Shown in pieces: positions 45,131 to 58,450 of a DNA stretch of 64,000 nt. Both the position numbers and the translations under genes were made by a program. A model generated the notes under the pieces. The model did no database searches. It saw only the letters and a list, made by a program, of their open reading frames with translations, and was not told the DNA's origin. The stretch's first letter is position 1; every line of letters begins with the position of its first letter. Source of the stretch: Eutreptiella sp. 'Long Island Sound 2002' (Eukaryota; Protista; Euglenida); NCBI GenBank assembly GCA_964036045.1, contig OZ038379.1, forward strand, positions 23,560,001-23,624,000. The letters run 5' to 3'.

Positions 45131-48100
45131 TCCACACTGTCTTTCTGGCTGCCTCATGCAATCTGATGAGCTGAGCTGATCATGGCATTTGTATTACTGC
45201 CAAGTACATGCCAAGTTCTTTGTGCTTATGCAAGTATTCCCGCCTCCTATACCCATGTGATATGCTGGGATGCAGAGCATAGTTTCCATGCAAAAAGCAT
45301 AGGACAAAGAAGTTCGAAACCCTGACTGTTGTAGGAAATCACAGAAAATCACAGAAAATCGCCCCACCCCGCCAGCAACGCAGTGCATTTTGTGACGTCT
45401 GCACCACTCTTTCTTGCACGCATGACATATCATTGGATGAATGTCTTTCTGGATGTTTGAGACGTACTTTTTGGTGTTAGGCACACAGCATGTCCTTATC
45501 TGATGTTGGTGTTTGCCACCACTGAATTCATGCTAATCAACGTGGCACCAGCAGAACACTCGGCAATGCACGTAGCCCGTCGAAGATGTTGATTAGACCT
45601 CTCAATTTGTGCAATGAAAGTGCACTTTGGGTCCCTGGACCGGGGGGGGGGATTGGAAGTTTATGCTCCATGTTTCTCAGACATGCTTCACTCTGCACTG
45701 ACCTGTCTCGGCTTGGGCTCTCACGACGGACGAGGCTGGATGGGCTCTCCACGTCAACCTCGAGACTGGGTACACCGGGGGTACCCTCCTTGGCACCCAG
45801 TTGAGCCTGACCTTACGAGTAAGAAAGTCCAGTTGGATGCTCACCTTGAGCTTGCATGGCCACGTTGGCTGTGGATAACAGACCCCAGCCAGATCATGAG
45901 TTCACATTCAATGTCTTTACTGGTGCGTCGTATCATTTTGTGCATTGTATTGTGCAGTTGGCTGGTTTGCCACCCCTATTTTGAGGTAAGGGGCAGTTCA
46001 CAAAAAGATATGCAAGAAACCACACTTTCTGGCAGGGGTGGTCGTTTCACATGGGTGCTCCCCCTGACACGGGACTTACACAATGCTTGCCTCTGACCTG
46101 ATTTGGGAGCAACAAGCGATGAGCACTGTGCACAGCCCAAGGAACTGGAGAACTAGCACCGATTCAATTCTTTGAACTGCAGTGAACGAAAGCTGTGACA
46201 GGTTTACTGCACTCAAACACCCTTACCTTATGGTGTCGACACGGACTGCCCCAAAGGTATTGATAAAACAGGTGGCTGGGCCAATGGTACAGTAGCGGTG
46301 CAAATTGCAATTGTGTACATCCATGGAAACTGCTTTGCAAGAGGGGAAGGTTTTTAATCCCAATGGATTCCTTTTCAAGGACAGGGTTGAGGTTGGGGTG
46401 GGATAGGCTGTGTGGACAGACATAGGGGGTGCTTTTTGGGTACATCTAGGGACCACAGCCTCGAGTAGCAGTCATTTAGGGGCCGGTGAAAAAATGAGCT
46501 TGCTGTGCCTATTTGTTGCAGGTATGCAGTCTGTAGTCTGTAGTCCATTGCCAGCATCCCCTAGATCAACCCGATCTGCCGATGAAGCCAAAGATGACAC
46601 AAACCACAACCTACAATTGCACCCTATGAATGGAAGAAGCCTCCAAGAAATGTCAGCAACCATCCACAAGCCTCCAAGAATCAACAACCATCCAGTTCTC
46701 CCCTCGCTAAGAGAGAGGGGTGTCCAAGGAAGAGCCAAGGAAGGAAAGAGCCGGAATGAACATGGTGCCTTTGATACCCTTTTAAAGGAAGAATTTTATG
46801 GGAGGGGGCATGCTAGATAGTGTCAGTCATCTTCATCCCACCAGATTACAATTGGGGGGGTCTTCTTCTAGAGGTGGTGCAGTGCAAGGGTGAATTAGAC
46901 GGTAGCCGGGCCACTAACCAAATGGGCAAAAAATGTGTCATGCAACTATTTTTCGAAAACATCTGTTTTTGGGCAGCCACCATTGTTTATCGGTGTTTGT
47001 TGGTGTTTATTGGTGTTTATTGACATGTATGCATTGTTTGATGATGGTTTTGGGCCTCTTTGTATGCAATTTTTGTGCTTTTTGTCATTTTGTTCACATT
47101 CTGGACACTCTTTCCCTTGCTCATTCTGAACATGGGGTGTGCTTTATTGATGCGCCCACTTGCCCCAATCAAACCTGAGGGTGTGGCTTGGATGCACTTC
47201 CATAATGTCGTTGACACCGTCCACTACTTGTATTCAGAGGAAAGAGGGTCTCTGCGGCACAACAAGCACACACAGGCTGCAAGGAATGTATAGTCAGCGT
47301 CCAAGAATTAGCAACAAACATCCAAGAATTAACAACAGTCACTAATTGCCTCCTGTGCATCATCACCCGTGTGATTTGACCAACAATCCTCACGGGCCAA
47401 GATGCAAGGGGCAGTCATTGGTAACGCCATCGCTAAAACTGGGGACAAACAATACATAGACAACATTATGAGCATTGGTCAAGAGCCATGCGACGAGTGT
47501 GTTGACATGGATCTGTGGTCCTAAGGTGCAACACAATCTCAAGTCCAAAAATGTCACCGCACTAGAGAGCTCTCTGTTGTACGCATATGAACTCCGGGTC
47601 TTTGCCACGTGCCCAGCATTGCGGGGATCCACTGTATCACATGCTGGAGTCGCCCATGCTCCCAAGAACTGTCTTGAGTACTCTATGAACTTCTGGAGTC
47701 AGTCCAAAAAAAAAAATCTCGAGTCCAAAACTATCACTTTCCAATGGATCCCCAACCACAAAAAAGAATCCATGGCTGCCATGGCGCAAAAGCACGAGGA
47801 GATGGTCAACCTCCTTGCCAAAATGGTGACTAACCTCCAGGTGCTGGACTACGACCAAGAGGGCCCTCTGGATATCGCCATGTGTCGGGGGTTGATGCCT
47901 ACAATGGCAAAGAAATGGATGTTATAGCGGCAACACACAAGGCAATTCGAGGGCGCACACGGGTCTTTGTTACTCCCGATGCATGGTACTCACCACATGA
48001 CATGGGTATAGTTGCTATGGGTCATGTATGATGGGATGGCACCGGGCCACCGTGGAAATACGATCGGCCTCGGTGCCATTGTTCCGCTTACACTACGGTA

Positions 48101-51100
48101 CTATTGTGGTGACCCCCGATGGGCGATATATGTTGGGGGTACCTTAGGACCCCCCCAACCACCCCTGTCAGCCTGTCAGATGTCCCTGTTACCCTGTTGG
48201 GGGCCCCTGTCACGGCTGGCCAAAAGGGGGGGGGGGGTTGGAAAATGGACGCCCGTGATCCCCAAGTGGGCGCAAGCCAATTTCCTTTGCTGTGCCGGCA
48301 CCAGATGCTGGAACCATTGTACCACCCATTTGAGGGCCGCAACAGAGGTATGTTGTTGCTAGAGGAGGTTGTTGCGTAGCCCCATGTTGGTGCTGAGGGC
48401 GGCTTGTAACATGATGCCCCGGTAGTGCTGAAACCAGGGCTGGGCGAAGTACCGCAATGCCTAATGGGGAGTGGGGCAGCCTAGGGAGTGGTGACGGCGG
48501 CCATTCAAGTAACACACTGTTCATACCTTCGTGCCATACCCTATTGGTTGTAGCACGGTGTACTATGCATGCGCACTGAGCCTCCTAGGTCGCATGATGC
48601 AACACCCATACGCCATTTGGTGCGTGGGGTGTACCGCACCTGTTGGTGTAGGGCGGTGTTAGTAGGATGGAGCTTGATGGTGTGGAGTGGCAGCTTGGTA
48701 TACCACGCTGGTTCGCCTGCGGAGTTGACACTGGGTGCCAGCGGGTCGTGGGGCATGGTCAGCTATCTTGCTGGCCCCAAGTAGGACATGGTATTGGTGC
48801 CAAACCACGCGTTCCCATAGCATAGCGCCGTAGCCCGGTGGCAGCCGGTCCTAGAAGGATTGTGCAATGCGGACACATGACGCATGGTAGAGGTCATTAT
48901 CGGTGGCCCTCGTCCACCAGTTCGACGCATAATCGCTCCACTCCTCCCACATGGACACCCACAGGTTGCGTAGAGCAGCTCAAAATGATCCCCACGATGC
49001 GCTGATCATTTTGAGGTACGCATCATAGGGGAAATCCTTTTTGCAAAAAGTTCTTCGAGGCCGCCTCGCGGCACAGGTTGTGAGTCATCAGGAGAGATTT
49101 TAGACTAGCCTCTTTGGACTGGCCTGTCACGCCCCCCCCCTCGTTCGGGGGGCTTGAGCGACCACACCCATAGACTGCACATGAGGTAATAGTGTTCCGC
49201 CAGGTACGCCTTGCACGCCCATCCAAGGCTCCAGAAATAAAACAAAAAAAAAGCACTCAACTCAGCAGTGGCATATGCACACTAGAGATGGACTCCCCAA
49301 TGGATGCCCAAAAAAACAAAAGGGTAGCCCTAAGGCCACTTTCACAGGAAAAGAAACAATAGTCGTGCAATACAAAGTTTTTTGTTTTTTTCTGCACTTT
49401 TCCTACAAAAAAAAGCAGAAAAATTAACACCCAAATAAGCCATCTGTTGGCTACGAGCCGAAACCCTTCTGGCCAGCGTTTATTTCACCCCTGTGCCAGT
49501 GACATTACGCCAGGGTGTTTATAGGCTCCGCAGCGGGATCGGGTTGGGGGTTGGGGATTGGGGGTTGGGCACATGTGGCCTGCACTATCCTCAATCTTTT
49601 CTTGCAACATATGCTCAGAGGCTCTTTGTTTTGAGCAATGGGTCTTGCGATGCCCGGATGATGATGGCCCCCGGATCAACACGGAAACGCAAACATGGCC
49701 CTGATGAAGGTGGTGCTGCTGATGCAGGAGCGGAGGGATTCGGCAGTAGACCTGACGAAGCTGAAATGCCGCCGCGGAAAGTGCAGAAGCAGAACATGCT
49801 AGGTGATGCTCTGGAAGAGGACACAAATGCTCTTGAGGAGGGCACAGATGCGATGGAAGAAGATGCAGCTGTCAAGCAGTGCAACAGTGTCTCGGCTGGA
49901 GGTGTGGGTTGTGCGACTGCCCTGCCTTTGCTTCCGCGTCCCCCCTTCGCCCCTGCTCGTTGGTCCAGGGTATTCTTCCCACCTTCACCCTTCGGCAACA
50001 GAGCGGCATGTGCGTTCTTTCTTTTGAGTTTGCTCGTTTGAAATTTTGGAGGTCGTTCCGCTCTGGGGAGTTTCGCTGCATTAAGCCCAGCTTTTCCAAC
50101 AAAAAAAATTTCCAACAAAGAATTTTCCAACAAAAATTTTTCCCATCTTTTGTTGGGGAAAAATTTCAGTGAGAATTTCTGTCGGAAAAACAAAAAAGTG
50201 TCGTGTTGGGCCACGCATTCTGTAGAACACATAACAGGGTGCCACTGCGATGTGCTGTGTGCGTATTGTGCAGACGCCGCGTAGATCCTCCGCATCCGTC
50301 ACCTGCCCCCGCTGCACAGCTTCCGGCGTGGACAAGGCAATGGGAGAGATGGAGGCAAGACCAGCAGTTGACGGCATTTGTGGCCCCATGACTCATGCGG
50401 CCCCCAACCGTCCTGTCCCCCAGAGACTCCCTCAGATGCCTGCGCTACCCCAGACTGTCCCGCACAACCACAGTCTGCACCGCAACTCCTCCACAGAGAG
50501 CAGTCACCCAAGCGGGCCTGGACATCCGCGGTATGGCCCGGTCTCTGTACCTGGAGGTGCGAGTCAGCCGAGCAAAGCCCTTGAAGCCACCCTGAGCCAA
50601 CAACGGTTGGAGGGTGCTAGGTCGTTAACAGCGATTAGGGAGTAAATGACGGTTTGGTGCATATTCGCGCACGTCTTGTATCCCCCCTTCGAACGCCTGT
50701 CCCCACCGACCCACTCACCCTTGATTGTCTACTGGAATCAGTCTTGTCTGGCTGTACTGCCTGACTCACGTAATACCTTATGCACGAAATTGAGCAAAGG
50801 TACTGACGAGTTCAGTTTTTCAGTGAGCTGAAGGGTATCAATGGTGGATGAAGGGTGGCTGAGAGCAGTTGGCAGAGTGACTGACGGCAGTCCGAAGGGC
50901 CCTCATGCGTTGTTCATAGGCTATTCTGCAGTCATTCTTGTTGCTTTCCAGTGCGCGACGATGTGTATTTGGATGTGGATGCCCATGGGAATGTGTATGT
51001 GCATGTGTGTATGGTGGAGCTGGTTGTGGATATGTATGTTTAATGTGTATATGGATGTGGATCTAGGTGTTGACGTGGATGCGGATGTGGATGTGGATGT

Positions 51101-52579
51101 GGGTGTTCAGAAATTTATTTTTGTGCTTTGCCTGCACGTTGCCGGTTGATTGCCTGCATCGCCTGCATTGCCTTCATGTGATTTTTGATCATTTTTGCCC
51201 AAAACTCGGCCGCCACGTGCTGCTCACGCTGTTGTCTGGAGGTTCTAGGGATGTTTCTCATACATATGGTGGAGCTGGTGCCCAACAGCAAGGAAATGGC
51301 ACACGAAAATTTCGGAACAGTTCTGCAACAGCGTGCAGTCAAAGCTGATAAATGAAGAAGTAATTGCACCACAATCACACAAAAAGAGCGTGGGCCTTCA
51401 AAAAACATGCAGACATACAGCCCCAAGCAGCTTCAGAACGTTGCAAGTTGCATGTTCGGAGCGTAAAAAGCGTCCCAACAAAGGCCACACGTGACCGGGC
51501 AACATGTGACAGGGCACATGTGACGACACACGTACACCGACAGCAAACACATAGCTGACAAATTACGTCAGGCCAATGCAGACAAAGTTGACATGCAAAG
51601 GCTAGGCGCCTTTGTGAAAAGTGACAGTTGAGATACATTTCTGGTGTAGTGGAATGTATTCGTGTGAGCACGCTGACAAACGCGCGCGCGCGCTCACACG
51701 CAAGGTCGTCAAGGAGCTGGCAACATGACACTTTTTGCGTTTTGGTATTGGAACATTGCGATTCGCTAAAGAATCAAGTGGGATTTGGGATTTGCGACCC
51801 ATGTCCCATGCAGTTTTCTACACGCACCCCTTGTTGTGTGTTTCAGTGGCAGCCAAAGCTCTCATCCTGGTGTATCGCGTGACAGCAGCGCCGACGCGGT
51901 CCTTCCTACGACTGCTGTACCTCAGATTTGCAGAGGTATTTGCCACCAGGGTTGTTTGCCGCTGCACTCTGCTTCTTCCTTGCCCCCCCCCCCCCACCCC
52001 CCCGCTGCTGTCGCCGAAGTGGAACGGTCTACCCAAGTTATTTTCAATCCTCAGTCGAGCGGCCCTTGGGCCCCCAGCCCTGTTTCATTTTCTGCCGGTT
52101 GTCGAATGCGTCTTCCCACCACCTGACGGTAAGCCCTGAATGCGCATTGAAGAGCCCGCCCAATCTCTTTGAGAGAGCATCACTGAGGACTTGTACGGAA
52201 TTGCGGAATGAGTGCTTTATGACATGTAAAGCAAACTTGACCCTGGATTTTGGTTTGTCGTTCTCTCTCTCAGCCTCTTAAGAATGCGCCCTGGATTGCA
52301 CTCTCTATTCTTTATTGTGGACCGCGTGCTCACGAGTCGCCTTTGAGTCGTAAGTGAATTTACACCGGCGCTGCGGTCACCCCCTGTGCACCTGTCCGCC
52401 CCCTGAACACAAAAAAAATCGACACGGTGACGTGCCCTGTTGCCTTTGTGTGGGACGGGGCCACGTGCCTCTTCATCGTGCACTAGCATCTGTAGCGAAT
52501 TACGGAGAACACAGAGTACAAGTTTCGGTTATGTTTGCCCCCCGAATCCCTTTGCTCCCCCATTGCGGGTCCCCACCTT

Positions 52580-52790
52580 CTTCGAGCCACCTGGAGCCAC
52601 ATTCAGTGAACTTACGGTTCTCTTGATAGGCCACTTCTGGGATCGTTATGTTGGCAGCAAGTGGATATGGATATTCGGTTTGACTTGTGTTATGGCAACT
52701 CTTGCCATGGCCGTATGGCTGCGGACGCCCATCGATCAGGACATCCAGCGTACCTGTGGACAAGATGAGCATCAGCTGCAGCAGGTGCCT
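52580..52790 (+). CDS. Possible exon of an MFS-type transporter
   Basis: LLIGHFWDRYVGSKWIWIFGLTCV resembles MFS motif A between hydrophobic helices, and is followed by a CAG|GTGCC donor-like site. Other exons were not identified. Confidence 0.25.
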
Positions 52791-55296
52791 GTCTCCGGGT
52801 TCGCACATTCCACAATTGCGTTTTGATTTCTCGTCCCTCCCCCCCTCTTTCAAGGGCCTCAAACCCCTCGCCCAACACAAACTGGTGCCCCACAGATGGG
52901 CACACCTGCTCCACTTTTATGTTTATCCTCCTCCCCAAGGCAAACGATTCCCCCCCCAGCCCAAAGGACAACCTCTTCAGAAGGCTGTTGCTGGACAGTG
53001 CACTGGACCGGCACCAGGGCGTCCCTGGGCCGAGGCACACGGGCAGCCCAAAGACCCGACCGGGGCTGGGGCGTGGAGACAGGCCCCCGGGCGTGTCGGC
53101 CGCGCCCACCACCGATTCCGGTGCGCCCGGGCCCTTTCTGGCGCGGCATACAAACCGCTATGCTCCTCCTGTGGCACTTTGCGCTACGCAGGAGGCCGGG
53201 GTGGCGATGCCAATGTCTTTGTTTCCGGGGGCTGGGGTGGGGTGTGGGGGGTTATACAGAGGGAGCATGAATCGATGTAATCGATGCTCGAACTGCCCTG
53301 TCCAACGGATTTGCAGCGAACCATTTGCTCATGCCCAAGCTCTGCTGCCGAGCATCTCTGCCAGTCCGGTTGGTGCAGAGGTCTGCACCCCCTGTCTGAA
53401 TCCCCGGACTGAAGGCTGTGGTGCTGCCCGATGGTGTTGTCGGGGGAGGGGGGGGGGCGTAATACCGACACAAGGACCAACGAGGGCCGTGGCGGCGTTG
53501 CTGTTACTTTTGTTTCCGGGGGGGAGGGTTGTTCCTGCATGGTGCTGCCCTGTGCATGGTCGTGGCAATGCCCCGTTGTCGTTACCCACCCCCACCCGAG
53601 TGTACTCTTCGGGGACTTTGTTCCAATTTCCCTCTTCAGCGGTGTCGAAAAGGGTGGGGCAGCGACGCCCGATGCAGACCCTGTGCGACGCGCACAGGGC
53701 CCCCGCGTGCAAGTCGTGCCGGGGGCACAGGGGTGTGCGGCACTGCTGCTCCCGGCACCATGAGGGACACCCTCGGCTGGCGCCAGCGGCGGGGGGTGCG
53801 CAACAGCTCACGCTGTTTGGGATGGGAGGCGTGAGCGCCCCCCCCCCCCCCAGGGGGGGGGGCGGCGATGAGGGGGTGGGCTCGCAGAGGCCGGGCGCAG
53901 ATTCGGCGTCCACAGGGCGCTGAGGGGGCCTGAGCCGGGGCCACGGGCGGGCGGAGGGGGAAGATACCTGACCGCTGCCGGGCGCCAGTCCTTCCGTCGC
54001 GCTGCAACACCACGGGGAGGACGGGAGGGGGGGGGGGAAGGCTACGCCAGCTCCTGACCCGTAACCCACTCCCCTAACCCCTTGCACAGCATTCAGGACT
54101 TTAATCGGCCTTTGCCCTCATCGGCGGTGGAGAGCACCCTCCAACAACAAATTCGTGGTCTGGGAGTGAGTGAATTTGAAGCATGCCAGCGCGAGCAGCA
54201 GAGTGGATGCTATGGGAGCAGAAAGCTGCAATGGCAAGCAGTGGGACAGACATTCCATTCTCACCCACAAAATGTCACCCCCCCCTCCCAACACACACAC
54301 ACACACACACACAGTACCTGCACACACACAGTCCCCCCCAGTACCTGTCCCACAGGGACCGGAGGAGGCCGTAGCCGAGGACGTCGCCCGCCCGCTTTTT
54401 CTGACGAGACATGGGAGAGCAAACACACTGGATACATAGCCAGCCAACCACAGAGGTTCTGATTCCGCAGAAGGGGGGGGTCCAACGTTCCACAGAGGCC
54501 TCAGCAGACCTGAGCCAAATGGGGCGTCCTGCCCATCGCTGCACAAGGATCCACCTCTCAAAGTACAGATCACACACACACACACACACACACCTCCGCC
54601 CCCCCCCCCCACACACAGCCCCCTGCAAAACCACAACTCGGTTTGCTAAACCAAAAGTATTTAGCCCAGGTGGTTCACATCCCCAACATGCATTGCAAGA
54701 AGCTGCTCATCTGTGCTGGAGCAGTGAATACGGCACACACCTGCTTTTGGCGTTTGGGACAGGCCTGGGCGAAGGGCTGAGGTCATCATGAGGGGGCAAT
54801 CGACGTCTGTTTGTGGCACCTTTTGCTACCTCTCTACGGTGGATCCTCGCCCTTTGAGGACTGCCACTGCTGTCGCCCGTGCGCTGGGCAGACATGCCCT
54901 CAAGGGCCTGGCCGCTTCCATAGGCCCCGTTCTGGGACCCCCTGCCCTCCCCCACAATGGGTCTCCATACCCAACAATTGATTTTCAGGCACAAGCATGA
55001 GCCTGGCTTCTAATCGTCTGTTTTTCAGTTGTTGTTTCCCGAAGTTGCCTTTGCGTTGCTGTCGCTCTCGCATGGGGTTGCTCTCCTGGTTCCATTGCTG
55101 TTTGCGTGCGTCAGGTTTCACTGGGTCGATTGGCTGAAGAGGATGTGGCTGAGACCGCTGGTGACTACGATGAAGAGGAGAGCAACTTGGCATGACCTCC
55201 AGCCCATGTCATGTGTTCTACCCTTGGCAGAATAGATAAGCGATTCTAGTGTCCTTGAGAGATGCAATGCCCCCCCGCCCCAGCCCTTGGCGGCCC

Positions 55297-56856
55297 GAAA
55301 ATTGCTTTGCGGGGGGGGGGGGGGGATGGCATGGGCGCCCGGCGAAGGAGGGGGTTTGGTTTGGTTTGGGTCAAGGCCTGTGCCGGACGCCCTGGCCCAT
55401 GGTCAGCACTCGCCTTTGTGCCGACACGACTGGGCTAGGCGAATCGCGGTTGTCCGGTCCCAAGGCCTGCCGGACTGTTGACCGCCCCCGTACCCCGTGG
55501 TGGCACACACGGGAGGGAGATGCCGCCGTGCCTGTGTGTGTGGCGCGCGCGGGGCAGGAGGGCGGGGCGTGCATGCTGGTGGCGCTCGCAGGGCATGACG
55601 GGTCACACGGCTGCGCCGCGCCTGGCCCTGCCCGCTGGCGCCGGTGCCGCTCCAGTGTTTCTGGTTTCCCCCGCTGCGGCTTGGTCCGTCCGTGTCGCCG
55701 CTTGTAGTGGCGTCCCGGCTGTTCGTGTGGTCGTCGGGTGTGAACCAGGGTCCGCCACCACCGGGCCCTGGCTGCTTGTGGTGGAGGCGCGTCGGGGGGG
55801 GGGGGGGGGGCCTGGGTGGCGGTGCTACTGCCCGCGTAAACGGGGGGGCCCAGAGGGCACACCACCCGAGTGACCGCTCCGTTTGGAAGGGGGAGGGGGG
55901 GGCAGGGGTCGGCAGGTGGCTGTCTGGCCTCCAGGGGTCGCCCACAACTGAACTGGAGTGCACGGGGCTGTGCTGGCCTAGGCGTCTGTGATGAAGTTGG
56001 AGGGGCACGCGCACACCTGGAGGTTCCCTAGGCAGGCCGCTCAAGGGATACCCACAGCAGTCAATCTGCGAGCCCTTCACAGCCTCCACTTTTTAGGCCC
56101 TGAGGGCGCCGACTCCGTGCACCTCTCCCGTCGGGGGGCAGGCTGGGGGGGGGGGGGGGTAGTGGTGGTTGGGTCTACCTGCTCACTTGTTTGGGAGAGG
56201 AGGACCACCTGCTGGGTTACCATGCGGGTCCCAGATCCCAACATACCCATCGTTCGGCGTCCGCTCCCTGTCCGTGAGGGGAGGGACCTTGATCACCATG
56301 TGACGGCCTGCAGTGAGGGTGCGGGGGTGCGAGGGCATGCTGGGGGGGGGGGGCTGTGCTGGGCCTGCTTTCGGCTCCATTTCTGTTGGGGGGGGGGGGG
56401 GGGGGGGGGCAGCAAAAGGCCTGCTCCCCTGTTTCCTGGTCCCCAAGGGGGACCAGCCCACGGCCTGCACCCTCGCTTTGTGGTGGCTGAAATTTGGGCC
56501 GACAAAGGGCGAAGGAGGGGGGGGGGGGGTTCCAGAAATGGCCTTCTGTGCCGGGCCCTTTGTTTTGTGTAAGGACAGATGTTGCCACGAAAGGCGCCGG
56601 AACACAAATTTTGGCCCGGAAAAATTTTTTTCACGAAAAATTTTCCCCCACATATGTGTAGTCAAAATGATCAGCGCGACGTGGGGATCATTTTGAGCCA
56701 TGTATGTTGGGGTCGGACCCCCCCCCCCCCCGGCACGGCAGGTAGGGCAGCGCCAGCCCAAACCCCCCTCCCGGCACGGCGACCAAGGAGGGGGAGGGGG
56801 GGGTTGGGCAAATGGGCTTCCGTGCCATCCCCCCCCCCCCCAGCAAAGCAATTTTC
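55297..56856. mobile_element. Candidate non-autonomous TIR element (or two adjacent MITEs)
   Basis: GAAAATTGCTTTGC(G)nATGGCA at 55297-55331 is inverted at 56823-56856. The interior is G/C-run rich without a convincing ORF. Confidence 0.5.
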
Positions 56857-57599
56857 TTCCCACCCTTTACTCAGCTTTTATGGTGACCTCACCATTCCTT
56901 TGCAAAACTTGAACAATTGTGCACTTCTGGAGGTACCGACCGGCATATTTACTATGCCATTGATCCCCATTCAAGGCAAAACACTGAGTACTGTCTCTGT
57001 GGTGGTTGTGATGGTAGTCATAGGGATGCAGCAAACGTCCTGAAGACACCAGTCAACATAGAAATGCTGGAAATGAGATATGCACATCGTTTGGCAGTGA
57101 GACCCGGAACTGCTTTGAAATTTGCTTCAATGGCGATTTATGTAACCTGCTTTTTCACCTCCGATTTCCACTTCCTGCCAATTCCCGACGTCTGCGGATT
57201 TTGCCCAAGCATGGCGACGACGGATCGTCACTGTGCGTGTCGTGGTTGCGTGCTTTCGGCATGCCTCCTCCCTGGTCCTGACAGTGCCTTTGAATGCTAT
57301 CAGGACTAAGAGCATAGGACTCACACTGACAACAACGCTGACAATCACAAGGGCAGTGACACAGCATTTTCCCTTTCGGTTTCACTCAGGCTTCAGTCTC
57401 AGTTTCACATGGAGTTCCAGTTTTAGTTTGGACGTCATTTTCGCCCGCAGTCACAGTTTCAGTTCAAGTTACAGCTTCAGTTTCAGGGTCAGTCCTAGCC
57501 CACGCTTCATGATGTTGATGCTCCACTTCCTTCGGGTTGCTATGTTTCAGGAGGATCTGCCGCTGCAGCATATCAAGAGCCATGCCGCAAGCGCTTTGG

Positions 57600-58450
57600 T
57601 TGTACCAGATCCAAGAGATGACAGTGCAGACGACCGCTTGTTGAAGCCGGTGAAGAGATTCTTCAATGCTCGAGTCGCAATGGACCAAATAGGTGTCTCT
57701 CATGGGTAAGGTGTCTGTGTGCTACTACAATGTTGTTGTGGATCAAGCAATATTCAATCTTGGCGAGGGGGTGGGAAATTGAAGAACGTAATTTTCGCAT
57801 TTTCCCACAATTTCTGAGCAATTGCTTTTTGCTTGTCCACCTTGTGTGCTTGATTACACAGCCAATTTCTGGTGGTGATGCAGAGCGCTTTTTCTCACAG
57901 TGTAGCACAAATTGGATGACAATGTCCACCTGCCTTTGGTTCATGATCCATGGTGATATTGAAGGTCGCCTTCTGGGAATGCCGTGCACGCAGTGCGAAG
58001 TTTTGGATGTCGGCAAATACTCGGACCCTACTTTTGGCCCCTTTTGACAAGTTTTTGGTTCCATACTGGGGTTTTTTTAGCTTCCTATGCATTTGGGATG
58101 TGGCACATTTGAATTGTCACCTTTTGTTGCCCATTTTCAACCATTTTTACCCATTTTCCATCCCCCATATTGAACTCTCCCCACTGTGGGGACCCCGAGA
58201 AGGCAGGGGTGATGTAGCCATACATAGCCCGCGGACCTTGAGGAGTTTGTGGTACGGCCTTCATCCCCACCACATCACTGTCCTCGCTCGCCATCAACAA
58301 GTGTGTCGCGTCCACACTCAGAATCACCACCGCCCTCCCCTTCACCCTATTCGCGGTCCCCATCACCCAAGAGACCACAGACAACGCGTTCCCCGCGCTC
58401 CGAGTCAAGGGACACCTCATCGCCGCCTCCAAGAGCGAAGCCACGGGCAC
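57600..58450 (-). pseudogene. Degenerate transposase homologous to the element A transposase
   Basis: Collinear motifs across frames: PLTRSAGNALS / VILSVDATHL / MGDGK / ADIQN / IH..VVAH / SIAT / RALKNLFTGF, versus element A PLQSIVQNAIS / VISVDATSL / TGDGK / GDYQH / IHWCLAH / SIPT / RRLKNCFKGW. Confidence 0.75.

Noticed and set aside
46220-46320. IDKTGGWANGT resembling a PIF1/Helitron helicase motif
   Set aside because: Single short motif, with no other PIF1 or Rep motifs in frame.
49493-55250. Numerous Pro/Gly-rich ORFs
   Set aside because: They are dominated by G/C homopolymer-rich interspersed repeats and microsatellites. A few may be exons, but no product could be supported apart from the weak MFS-like exon.
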